Of a DNA stretch of 64,000 bases, positions 28,414 through 36,879 are shown piece after piece. The translations under genes and the position numbers were made by a program. How positions within the stretch are numbered: position 1 is the stretch's first letter; each line of letters opens with the position of its first letter. The notes under the pieces were generated by a model that saw only the letters and a list, made by a program, of their open reading frames with translations, was not told the DNA's origin and searched no databases. Source of the DNA: Omnitrophica WOR_2 bacterium GWF2_43_52 (GTDB lineage Bacteria; Omnitrophota; Gorgyraeia; Gygaellales; UBA12090); the NCBI GenBank assembly GCA_001805445.1, contig MHGF01000003.1, forward strand, positions 184,429 through 248,428, given 5' to 3'.

Positions 28414-29535
28414 ATGGTAATGGTTTTTTGGGGCTCAATAGCGGTTATTTTGTATACGTACCTTGGATATCCTCTTATTGTTTACCTTATATCGCTTTTT
28501 TATAGACAACCGGTAAAAAGGTCGTATCCTTATCCTACGGTCACTATTGTTATGGCGGTGTATAATGAAGAAAAGAATATTGAAAGAAAAATGCAGTCGC
28601 TCCTGGAACTGGATTACCCGTCTTCAAGGGTGGAAATTTTGATTGGCTCTGACGGCTCAACCGATAACACGCATCAGATACTTTCGCGCTACACCAATGA
28701 AAGGATAAAGCTTTACTGTCAAGCCAACCGACAAGGAAAACCCTGCACCTTAAATATGCTCGCGAAACAGGCGCAGGGGGAATTACTCGTTTTTACCGAT
28801 GCCCGTCAAAGATTAGATAAAAGTTCTATTGATGAGCTAGTCAAAAATTTCGCTGACCCCAAAGTCGGTTCGGTAAGTGCTGAACTCTATTTTGAGGCTG
28901 ATAGAAATAAAACCGCGCAAGGCATGGGAATATATTGGAACTACGAAAAACTCATTCGTAAATATGAGTCTCGCACAGGCTCAATGATGGGGGCAACCGG
29001 CGCGCTCTATGCCATACGCAGGGATTTATTCCCTGAATTGCCCCAAGACCTGATTTTAGATGATGTCTATATCCCGATGAAAATAGTAGAACGAGGCTAC
29101 CGTACAATTTTTGACAAGAAAGCAAAATTATACGACCGCTACTCGGTTAATCCAAGAGAGGAATTTTCACGCAAGTGCCGGACATTGGCGGGCAATTACC
29201 AGCTGATTACCTATTTACCCTGGCTGCTTAATCCTTTTAAAAATAAAATAAGCTGGCAGTTTATCTCACACAAGTTTTTGCGGCTCATGGTTCCTTTTCT
29301 AATGATTATACTATTTACGAGCACTCTTTTCCTTGCCCAGGCCCAATTTTATAAAACGGCTTTATTTATCCAAAGTATTTTTTACGGCTTGGCGCTTATA
29401 GGCGGCGTGGTAAAGATTAAAAACAGTTTGATTGATATACCCCATATGTTTTGCGTCATGAACTTCGCGGCATTGATTGGTTGTTACCGTTTTTTGAGCC
29501 ATAAACAGGCTATCCTCTGGGAAAAAACAGCATAA
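28414..29535 (+). CDS. Membrane-associated GT2 glycosyltransferase (PgaC/CESA-like fold)
   Basis: N-terminal TM; YNEE, SDGSTD, GK, FTDA, GATGALYAIR, LDD and HKFLR motifs; C-terminal TMs. Confidence 0.9.
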   Translation: MVMVFWGSIAVILYTYLGYPLIVYLISLFYRQPVKRSYPYPTVTIVMAVYNEEKNIERKMQSLLELDYPSSRVEILIGSDGSTDNTHQILSRYTNERIKLYCQANRQGKPCTLNMLAKQAQGELLVFTDARQRLDKSSIDELVKNFADPKVGSVSAELYFEADRNKTAQGMGIYWNYEKLIRKYESRTGSMMGATGALYAIRRDLFPELPQDLILDDVYIPMKIVERGYRTIFDKKAKLYDRYSVNPREEFSRKCRTLAGNYQLITYLPWLLNPFKNKISWQFISHKFLRLMVPFLMIILFTSTLFLAQAQFYKTALFIQSIFYGLALIGGVVKIKNSLIDIPHMFCVMNFAALIGCYRFLSHKQAILWEKTA

Positions 29536-29541
29536 CCGCCT

Positions 29542-29564
29542 TTTTCAACCTACGAGGTTGAAAA
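29542..29564. repeat. REP family A single copy
   Basis: TTTTCAACCTACGAGGTTGAAAA. Confidence 0.85.
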
Positions 29565-29587
29565 TAGGTTAAAACAGGAGAAACATC

Positions 29588-30400
29588 ATGAAAAAGATAG
29601 ACATAGCTAAAATTAGCGTTGTATCCTTAGTAACGTTGGCTGCCTATATACCCACTTTTATGTGGATGATAGACAGATGGAATGAACGTGATTCCTACTA
29701 TAACCACGGTATGTTAGTCCCCTTCATCAGCGCGTTCATTGTCTGGTTAAATAGAAAGAAGCTCGCCACATTAGAAATTAAGCCTTCAGCGCTCGGATGG
29801 CTTCTTTTTGGTACGGGGATTATCATCCATACCATAAGCGCGCTCGTCAGGGTATACTTTAGCTCAGGATTTTCACTTTTATTAACGCTCTCAGGACTAG
29901 TGCTGTTATTCCTAGGCAAGAAATTTCTGAAAGAACTTTTATTTCCCATCACATTCCTTATTTCCATGATACCTCTGCCGCTGGTAGCCATTGCTAATAT
30001 TAGTTTCCGCTTAAAAATATTCGCCGCGCAACTATCTACCGCCATCCTTAACGGCATGGGAATTCCCGCCATGCGTGACGGCAGTGTGATAAAAACCATG
30101 CACTCTTATTTAATGGTAGAGGACCCATGCTCCGGGATACGCTCATTGATTGCCCTCATTTCACTGGGAGCACTCATGGCATACTTTAGCAATACCACGA
30201 AAATAAAGAAGGCAATACTCTTTTTATCATCTATCCCCATAGCGGTTGGCTCTAACATCATCAGGATAGTTGCCTTGGCATTGGCCAGCGAGATGTATGG
30301 CACAAAGCTTGCCACCGGTACATTTCATGACGTCATGGGGATCCTTGTCTTTGTCTTTGCCTTTTTAGGGCTATCATTAGTAGGAAAAACGCTTGAATAA
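29588..30400 (+). CDS. Exosortase (EpsH/Xrt family)
   Basis: 8-TM protein; YNHGMLVP, IPLP, catalytic Cys in VEDPCSGIRSL, Arg in NIIRI, His in FHDVMG. Confidence 0.95.
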   Translation: MKKIDIAKISVVSLVTLAAYIPTFMWMIDRWNERDSYYNHGMLVPFISAFIVWLNRKKLATLEIKPSALGWLLFGTGIIIHTISALVRVYFSSGFSLLLTLSGLVLLFLGKKFLKELLFPITFLISMIPLPLVAIANISFRLKIFAAQLSTAILNGMGIPAMRDGSVIKTMHSYLMVEDPCSGIRSLIALISLGALMAYFSNTTKIKKAILFLSSIPIAVGSNIIRIVALALASEMYGTKLATGTFHDVMGILVFVFAFLGLSLVGKTLE

Positions 30401-30404
30401 CAGC

Positions 30405-30476
30405 CAAACCAAAATCAACCGCGGAGGTTGCGGAAATTTGTCGTCGGGAAAAAAAATCAACCGCGGAGGTTGATTT
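30405..30476 (+). repeat. Composite REP element variant (CAACCGCGGAGGTTG x2)
   Basis: Same leader and AATTTGTCGTCGGGAA spacer as 27592-27659, different loop. Confidence 0.8.
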
Positions 30477-30487
30477 AGGGAGGGGAG

Positions 30488-31108
30488 ATGAATAATAAGA
30501 CTTTTTTTGTGGTGTTGGGGGTTTTGATTGTGGTGGCGGGGTTGGCGCTTATGGCGTACCTGCCGGCAAGGACGGATATTGCTTTAAGCACAAAAGTTAG
30601 CGATTTTCCTAAAGAAATAGGGGAATGGAAGGGAACTGATTTGCCTATAGAAGAGAATGTATATGAAATCCTGGAAACCAGGAACCTTTTCATCAGAGAT
30701 TATAAAAACGCGAAAGGGGAATCTGTCTATCTTTACATTGTGTATTCGGAAGATAACCGAAAAGTCAGCCATCCTCCGGAAGTCTGCTTCTTGGGAAGCG
30801 GGGCTACGGTCGTAGACAAATCATCACTTGAACTCACACCCACTATTACAGCAAGCAAACTACTGATAGAAGACGCGAAGACCCGTAGTATAGTGGCCTA
30901 TTGGTTTAAGGCAGGAAACTTAAATACAAACCAATATATTAAGCAGCAGCTTAAAACCGTCTTTGACAGAATAGCGGGGAAAAGAACATCATCAGCGCTT
31001 ATTAGACTGTCTACAGATATAAAAAATGACCTGCACAATGATGCCATCAGTCTCTTAAAATCGTTTGCCAGCCAAATTGAACCGCTCATAACCAACTACG
31101 TACCATAA
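30488..31108 (+). CDS. epsI: EpsI family exosortase-associated protein
   Basis: FPKEIGEWKG, SHPPEVCFLGSG, YWF and ALIRLS motifs; directly after the exosortase. Confidence 0.9.
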   Translation: MNNKTFFVVLGVLIVVAGLALMAYLPARTDIALSTKVSDFPKEIGEWKGTDLPIEENVYEILETRNLFIRDYKNAKGESVYLYIVYSEDNRKVSHPPEVCFLGSGATVVDKSSLELTPTITASKLLIEDAKTRSIVAYWFKAGNLNTNQYIKQQLKTVFDRIAGKRTSSALIRLSTDIKNDLHNDAISLLKSFASQIEPLITNYVP

Positions 31109-31131
31109 TCTTAGCCTCCAGGCGTAACTCC

Positions 31132-31148
31132 TGTTATTTTTCGCCACA
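31132..31148. promoter_or_regulatory. Candidate bacterial enhancer-binding protein site (TGT-N11-ACA)
   Basis: TGTTATTTTTCGCCACA; related TGT-N12-ACA at 31251-31268; both upstream of a sigma54 promoter. Confidence 0.5.
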
Positions 31149-31387
31149 ACAGATGTTGCATTCCTACTATTAATGTTTAAATAAGTATAAATTCATAACT
31201 CTTTTATTTTAATGGTGTAAGAGATAAATCAGGAAAACGTTTTCATAAGATGTTGCTTTTCGTGAACAAAAGAAGGAAAATATCAAAAAAATCAAAGAAA
31301 CAAAATACGTGTCATATAGAAAATCTTCGTAACCTGTTGTATAGCATTATACTAATATTTAAAAAAAGTTGTTGAAAAGGCACTTCT

Positions 31388-31403
31388 TGGCATAGAAATT
31401 GCT
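31388..31403 (+). promoter_or_regulatory. Sigma54 (-24/-12) promoter
   Basis: TGGCATAGAAATTGCT: GG-N10-GC, near-consensus TGGCAC-N5-TTGCW. Confidence 0.85.
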
Positions 31404-31493
31404 ACATACAATATATAAGGTATAAAACCTCACATGCGAAAACTTTTTTAAAGCCTACATCAGCGCGAGGAAAAAAAAGAAAAAAACAACTCT

Positions 31494-32345
31494 ATGATAA
31501 GTAAAAAACTAAATATATCATTAGTATTACTCATTGCCGGCCTATGGCTTAGCTTATTTAGCGGCATAAATAACCTTAGCTTTGCGGTAAATTCATTAGG
31601 GGATAACAAGAATATTTACAAAACCATAAAAACTAATTACCCTGTAAGCTCACCATCAAGCGCTCCTGTCCAGCAAAAATCACACGCCCCAGAACCAAGC
31701 AGCCTGTTTCTTATCTTAAGCGGAACCGTAGGAATGATTGTCCGCTTCGCCAGAAGAAGCTTTGAAAAATTTAAAAGGATTATGGATCTCTTTCTTTCTA
31801 TAGCAGGGCTTACCCTGACCTCTCCTTTAGTAACACTCGCGGCAGTAATGATTAAGCTCACCTCAAAGGGCCCGGTTGTCTACAAGCAAAACCGTGTTGG
31901 CAAAAATGGCGAGATTTTCAAAATCTATAAACTCAGGACCATGTTTCTTGACGCGGAAAAAAACACCGGAGCAGTCTGGGCACAGGAAAATGACCCGCGC
32001 ATCACCCCTGTCGGGAGGATTTTAAGAAAAACCCATATAGATGAAATCCCCCAGCTCCTTAATGTCATTACCGGCGAGATGAGCATTGTCGGGCCGCGGC
32101 CTGAGCGGCCTGAAATTGTGAAAGACCTAAAAGCCCTCATCCATGATTATGAAAATCGCCTAAGTGTAAAACCGGGCATTACAGGGCTTGCTCAAGTCAA
32201 ACATAAATACGATGAGACCATAGAAGACGTAAAGAAAAAGATAAAGTACGACCTCCTCTATATAAGGAAAATGTGCTGGCTGGTAGAAATGCGCATTATA
32301 GCCCAGACTTTTATTGTCGCGCTCACAGGGAAGGGAGCACGGTAG
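31494..32345 (+). CDS. Priming phosphoglycosyl transferase (bacterial sugar transferase) with N-terminal signal peptide and internal PEP-CTERM signal
   Basis: Signal peptide; APEPSSLFLILSGTVGMIVRFARR at aa 65-88; then FKRIMD, KLRTM, DPRITPVGRILRKTHIDEIPQ, VGPRPERP, KPGITGLAQV. Confidence 0.9.
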   Translation: MISKKLNISLVLLIAGLWLSLFSGINNLSFAVNSLGDNKNIYKTIKTNYPVSSPSSAPVQQKSHAPEPSSLFLILSGTVGMIVRFARRSFEKFKRIMDLFLSIAGLTLTSPLVTLAAVMIKLTSKGPVVYKQNRVGKNGEIFKIYKLRTMFLDAEKNTGAVWAQENDPRITPVGRILRKTHIDEIPQLLNVITGEMSIVGPRPERPEIVKDLKALIHDYENRLSVKPGITGLAQVKHKYDETIEDVKKKIKYDLLYIRKMCWLVEMRIIAQTFIVALTGKGAR

Positions 32346-33113
32346 ATGATGATAACCAAACTAACGGCAAAGATACTAGCAGTTTGCGCCTTCGCCTCCG
32401 TTGTATCGGCGCACCAGGCAGGCGCGGCAATGATTGTATTTCAAAATGGCTTAAACGGATATACCGGAACCCAGGATGCCTATATATCGTCTGCCGCGAG
32501 CCAACGGGAAAAGAATTACGGAACAGCCGACAGATTAATTCTTAGAGCCGGCTCAGTGCCAAAGAATATTCTGGTTTCTTTTGATATCAATTCTCTCCCT
32601 GATGATTTATGCATTGATTCAGCAACCTTATCTCTGTATAAATTACGGACAACCCCTGACCCCATAGGCTCAGTGTATAAAATACTCAGCGGGCCATGGT
32701 CTGAAGGGAATGGAGGAAACGCGACAGCAGGCGATGTGGACTGGAATCACAGGATTCACGGCGGCACAGCATGGAATACCCCTGGTTTAGGCGCCAACAC
32801 CGATTACGAATTGCCCGCGTCAGATTCTGAAAACTTAACCGTCAACGGATGGTATAGCTGGGATATATCTTCAATTTTTCAGGATTGGTACAATGGAATA
32901 GACCCTAATTATGGCCTAGTGTTAAAAGCCACTGGCAATAACGATACATTAGAGTTCGCGTCTTCTGAATACGGCTACTGCTATAAACGCCCCAAATTAA
33001 TTATCAACTATCACCAGGGTTGCGGAATAGTTCCAGAACCGGCATCATTAAGTTTATTAGGATTTAGTTTATTAGGATTGGCAAAAATTAGAAGATTTAG
33101 AAAAGTTAATTAA
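32346..33113 (+). CDS. PEP-CTERM protein with DNRLRE-like domain
   Basis: Signal peptide; GYTGTQDAYI...NYG...SATLSLY...NYGLVL...FASSE...RPKLII; VPEPASLSLLGFSLLGLAKIRR. Confidence 0.85.
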   Translation: MMITKLTAKILAVCAFASVVSAHQAGAAMIVFQNGLNGYTGTQDAYISSAASQREKNYGTADRLILRAGSVPKNILVSFDINSLPDDLCIDSATLSLYKLRTTPDPIGSVYKILSGPWSEGNGGNATAGDVDWNHRIHGGTAWNTPGLGANTDYELPASDSENLTVNGWYSWDISSIFQDWYNGIDPNYGLVLKATGNNDTLEFASSEYGYCYKRPKLIINYHQGCGIVPEPASLSLLGFSLLGLAKIRRFRKVN

Positions 33114-33127
33114 AACTGGAGGCATAT

Positions 33128-33991
33128 ATGAAAAAGTATCTCAATATAATAATCGGCGTAGTCTTAATTGCCACACTTGCCCTTATTCCTACGCTAAAGG
33201 CTGAAGCTGTGATAGTTGACAGCGGAAGCATCAGCCTTATTGACTCTACCGATATTATGCCCTTTCCAGACCCTGCCCCTACCGGCTCAGGGCTTGGGAC
33301 ATTAGACCTTATAATGCTTTCTTTTTCAGCAGGAGGCGCAGGCAATAACCCTTCAGGGCCGTTAAACTTTGATAACGCCAATACTGGCCTGCCCACCGGT
33401 TCAACTACAACAGCTAATGAATCCTATATAACTTCCGTTGGAGAACTCAGGGATTTCTACGACCTCAATTTTGGCGTTGGCGCGGTTAATGAAATGGTTC
33501 TCTTCCTAAATATCAACGAAACAGGAGGAACTCAAGATATACTTCTAAGTAAACTTGATATTGTTATTGACTACACTAGCCCAACTACCGGGGGAAGAGA
33601 TAATCCAGCGGCTAATGATATAACTTCAGCGACACAGAACAGCACCAACGACGTATTTGACGGCGGCACCCGCATCGCGAAATTAGGTGCGGGAACGCCT
33701 TTCTCCGTGCTACAGATAAATACCGGTATAGGCGCTATTGACCAGTATATCCTAACAGGCATAGACCCTTTTGACCCCGCGTATTCAGATTCTACAAGGA
33801 TTCTATTTCACTGGGAAAGCTCTGTACATGATGCGGGGGGCGAAGTGGTTTTCTTGAGCGGGACCTTTCGTAAAGAAGACCTTCCTGGTGACGGCGGTGG
33901 CGGCGGCAATGGCGTTATTCCCGAACCAACCACCATGTCGCTTTTAGGCTTAGGGCTTTTAGGGTTGGCAAAGTTAAGAAAGAAAAGATAG
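33128..33991 (+). CDS. PEP-CTERM protein
   Basis: Signal peptide (AEA); IPEPTTMSLLGLGLLGLAKLRKKR. Confidence 0.92.
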   Translation: MKKYLNIIIGVVLIATLALIPTLKAEAVIVDSGSISLIDSTDIMPFPDPAPTGSGLGTLDLIMLSFSAGGAGNNPSGPLNFDNANTGLPTGSTTTANESYITSVGELRDFYDLNFGVGAVNEMVLFLNINETGGTQDILLSKLDIVIDYTSPTTGGRDNPAANDITSATQNSTNDVFDGGTRIAKLGAGTPFSVLQINTGIGAIDQYILTGIDPFDPAYSDSTRILFHWESSVHDAGGEVVFLSGTFRKEDLPGDGGGGGNGVIPEPTTMSLLGLGLLGLAKLRKKR

Positions 33992-34110
33992 TAAACACCC
34001 AAGCTTGACGTTACAAATTTCCTAAAAATAACAGGAAAACGCGGCTTGCTATATATAACGTAATAATACCAACATTTAAAAGTAACTGCCCTTGCAGACT
34101 CAATCAAAAG
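33892..34110 (+). repeat. Direct repeat unit: Gly linker + PEP-CTERM coding sequence + conserved intergenic spacer (copy 1)
   Basis: Highly similar to 34676-34911; the coding part recurs at 35811-35882. Confidence 0.85.
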
Positions 34111-34120
34111 GAGAAGCAAA

Positions 34121-34771
34121 ATGAAAAGACTCGCAGTGATAACAGCAATACTTTCTATTGCGCTAACGGTAAGCAATGCCTCTGCCAGCACATTGACAGG
34201 ATTTGGCGATCCTATTGATGCTGCCGCGCTTGCCGGCGGAACAGTTATCGATTTTGATAGTGGCCCAACAGGATCTTATTCTTCGCTTACGCTTCTTGGT
34301 GTAACCTTCAATGATTTGGATTACACATTCAGAATCAGTTCTGCTTACATCGGTTCTTACAATACGGAAGGCACATATTCTCTTCAGAACGGTGATTACG
34401 ATAGCACGATGACCCATCGCCTTCGTTTTGACTTTGCGTCTGCGGTTGATGCCTTTGGTTTTAATTGGGGAGCGTCTGACGATACCTGGCTGCTTAGTGC
34501 TTTTGATTCAAGCAATAATTTACTTGATAGCCTTTCTATCGCACCAACTCAGAGCAGTAACTCCGGTGATTATTTTGGCATTGCATCTTCTAACATTTCA
34601 TATGCCACCATTGTTAATCAGTCAGGAGATAATGGTGACTTTATTTTTCTTGATGATTTCACTTATAAGGGTCAAGGCGGCGGCGGTAACGGCGTCATCC
34701 CTGAACCGACTACCATGTCGCTCTTAGGCTTAGGGCTTTTGGGGTTAGCAAAGTTAAGAAGGAAAGGGTAG
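34121..34771 (+). CDS. PEP-CTERM protein
   Basis: Signal peptide (ASA); IPEPTTMSLLGLGLLGLAKLRRKG. Confidence 0.92.
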   Translation: MKRLAVITAILSIALTVSNASASTLTGFGDPIDAAALAGGTVIDFDSGPTGSYSSLTLLGVTFNDLDYTFRISSAYIGSYNTEGTYSLQNGDYDSTMTHRLRFDFASAVDAFGFNWGASDDTWLLSAFDSSNNLLDSLSIAPTQSSNSGDYFGIASSNISYATIVNQSGDNGDFIFLDDFTYKGQGGGGNGVIPEPTTMSLLGLGLLGLAKLRRKG

Positions 34772-34911
34772 GAAGCACCCAAGCTTGACGTTACAAATTT
34801 CCTAGAAATAACGGGAAACGCGGCTTGTTACATATATAACGTAATACTACCAACATTAAAGAGCGATTATCCTTGCAGATTTAAATTGGTTGCGGGGAGA
34901 TTCAATCAAAA
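34676..34911 (+). repeat. Direct repeat unit (copy 2)
   Basis: CACCCAAGCTTGACGTTACAAATTTCCTA...TATATAACGTAATA...CCTTGCAGA shared with copy 1. Confidence 0.85.
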
Positions 34912-34928
34912 AGAGAGGAGAACCATAG

Positions 34929-35891
34929 ATGGTAAGAAAAGTAACACTTATAACCTTAGCGGCATTCGGACTGCTCATCGGCAGACTGCCTAATGCCCAC
35001 GCCGCTACCTTCGCGACCGGAGATATTTTTGCTTCGGTAGCCAGCGGTAATGTAAACTGGTATCGGGCTGATGGATCATTTGTCCAAACCCTTAATATCG
35101 GAGCAGGCGGCTTTACTACAGGTATGGCCTTTGATGCTGCCGGGAATCTTTATGTCACAGGGTTCTCTGTCGGCACAGTTGACAAATTTGATACCAGCGG
35201 AAACCCATTAGGGAATTTTGCCGCGGGGCTTCCTACACCGGAATCTATTGTGTTTGATAATTCCGGAAACGCGTATGTGGGAAATGTGGGTGGCAGTATT
35301 AGAAAATTTGATTCTGCCGGGAATCCTTTAGCTACCATTCTTGCCGGTACCAGGGTCGATTTTATGGATCTTATGGCAGACCAAACCACCATGCTTTATA
35401 CGCAGGAAGGCGGCCTAATTAAATCGGTCAATGTAGCCACGAACACCGGGCTGGCTGACTTTGCCTCAGGTTATGGCGGAAGCCAGGCATTCGCCCTGCG
35501 TGTCTTAGCTGATGGCGGGGTTCTCTTAGCCGACAGGGTAAATGTAAAAAGGTTTAACTCAGCAGGCACCCTTATCCAAAGCTATGATATCGGGGGAGAA
35601 GACAGCTGGTTTGCCCTTAACCTCAATCCGGATGGAAACTCTTTCTGGAGCGGAAATTATAGTACCGCGAATCTCTATGAATTTGACCTTGCATCCGGAG
35701 TCAATACCCAGATTCTCAATACCGGGACAGGTGGGAACACTTTGTACGGAGTGGGTATTTTCGGCGAGCAAACCCAGGGATGCCAAGATTGCGGTGGAAC
35801 AGATAATAATGTTATTCCCGAACCTACCACCATGTCGCTTTTAGGCTTAGGGCTTTTAGGGTTAGCAAAGTTAAGAAAAAAAGCCGCATAG
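34929..35891 (+). CDS. PEP-CTERM protein with NHL/beta-propeller-like repeats
   Basis: GMAFDAAGNLYV, SIVFDNSGNAYV, KFDSAGN repeats; IPEPTTMSLLGLGLLGLAKLRKK. Confidence 0.9.
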   Translation: MVRKVTLITLAAFGLLIGRLPNAHAATFATGDIFASVASGNVNWYRADGSFVQTLNIGAGGFTTGMAFDAAGNLYVTGFSVGTVDKFDTSGNPLGNFAAGLPTPESIVFDNSGNAYVGNVGGSIRKFDSAGNPLATILAGTRVDFMDLMADQTTMLYTQEGGLIKSVNVATNTGLADFASGYGGSQAFALRVLADGGVLLADRVNVKRFNSAGTLIQSYDIGGEDSWFALNLNPDGNSFWSGNYSTANLYEFDLASGVNTQILNTGTGGNTLYGVGIFGEQTQGCQDCGGTDNNVIPEPTTMSLLGLGLLGLAKLRKKAA

Positions 35892-35898
35892 TCATCGT

Positions 35899-35930
35899 CT
35901 TGTGACATGGTGACTTTGTGACTTGTGACT
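35899..35930 (-). repeat. Intergenic 7-8-mer array (reverse complement of GTCACAAG/GTCACCA)
   Basis: CTTGTGACATGGTGACTTTGTGACTTGTGACT. Confidence 0.7.
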
Positions 35931-35961
35931 CTATAAGTTTTTTAAATCTACAGTAGAGGAG

Positions 35962-36765
35962 GTGAAAAACATAATGAAGAAAGTATTAATCGCGTTGTTT
36001 GTATTAGCATTAGCTGTTAGCGGTGCCACAAAAGCTCAAGCTATAAATATTCCCGCGGGTCCAATTACCTTTCACTGGACAAATTGGGAAACTAGAGTCG
36101 ACGAAGTAGATGATACCTTAGACGGTATCTTCAGACTTGACCAGATTCTCCAAGGTGTTAACGTTATCTGGAGTGCTGGTGGCGGCGAAGAGCTTACTGG
36201 AACCTTTCAAAACCTGACAGTAGATACTTTTGATGGAGAGAGTGTTGGTGATATCATAGGATTTTCAGGTGGTGACTTACAAGTATATTTAGACACCACC
36301 CCTGACTTTGATCCTACGTCTCCGGGAAGCGGGGTAACTGATGGTGACCTTTGGTTAGACATGGACTTTGTAACCGGAGGAGATTTCTTTAACCCTACGA
36401 ATACTCTCACTTCAATCGTAACCGGCGCAGGAGTTGATCCCGACGCAGTTCTTTCTATCAAAGGAACAGGTTCAGGGTTACTTGAGGTAGTTGGCGGTAG
36501 CGCGGCAGGTATCTTTGACACCAACACCTATGCCCGTCTTGATGGAAGCGGCTTGTTCGCTGATATGAGTTTGTCCGCAAACTTTTTTATCAGATATACA
36601 GGTACAGATCCATTTGATGTGACTGGGAATAGGAAAGATGGCTGGGATGTCTGGAGCAGTGACCCTATCGGGGCCAATGCAGTTCCTGAACCAACCTCAA
36701 TGCTGCTTTTTGGCATGGGAATGGCTGGTTTAGTAGCAAAGAAGTTAGCAAAGAAAAGAGCCTAA
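35962..36765 (+). CDS. PEP-CTERM protein
   Basis: Signal peptide (AQA); VPEPTSMLLFGMGMAGLVAKKLAKKRA; the true start may be ATG 35974. Confidence 0.92.
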   Translation: MKNIMKKVLIALFVLALAVSGATKAQAINIPAGPITFHWTNWETRVDEVDDTLDGIFRLDQILQGVNVIWSAGGGEELTGTFQNLTVDTFDGESVGDIIGFSGGDLQVYLDTTPDFDPTSPGSGVTDGDLWLDMDFVTGGDFFNPTNTLTSIVTGAGVDPDAVLSIKGTGSGLLEVVGGSAAGIFDTNTYARLDGSGLFADMSLSANFFIRYTGTDPFDVTGNRKDGWDVWSSDPIGANAVPEPTSMLLFGMGMAGLVAKKLAKKRA

Positions 36766-36787
36766 TTTACAGCATTAACGTAAATTA

Positions 36788-36869
36788 GCGCCTCTTTTTG
36801 AAAGAAAGAGCTCTTGATTAAAAAAAGAGGCGCTGAAACTTAGCAATAAGTGACAGCGCCTTTTTTTTT
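36788..36869. terminator. Hairpin region between convergent genes, probable terminator
   Basis: AGCGCCTCTTTTT...AAAAAGAGGCGCT stem; alternative stem AAGAGGCGCTG...CAGCGCCTT followed by a T run. Confidence 0.6.
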
Positions 36870-36879
36870 ATTCTAGTGG

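Noticed and set aside
27592-30476. Repeated CAACC...GGTTG palindromes as a CRISPR array
   Set aside because: Copies are dispersed singly or in pairs, often inverted; spacers are identical or very short rather than unique and regular; no cas genes. A flanked RAYT explains them.
33996-34098. Known c-di-GMP riboswitch in the conserved spacer
   Set aside because: I could not find the conserved class I or class II core sequences by eye; it is kept only as an unknown motif.
33996-34879. Conserved spacers between PEP-CTERM genes as integron attC sites
   Set aside because: The paired ends are GTT...AAC rather than RYYYAAC...GTTRRRY, the repeat extends into coding sequence, and there is no integron integrase in the window.
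33892-35882. Near-identical repeats as a DGR template/variable repeat pair
   Set aside because: Differences are synonymous and not adenine-specific, and no reverse transcriptase is present.
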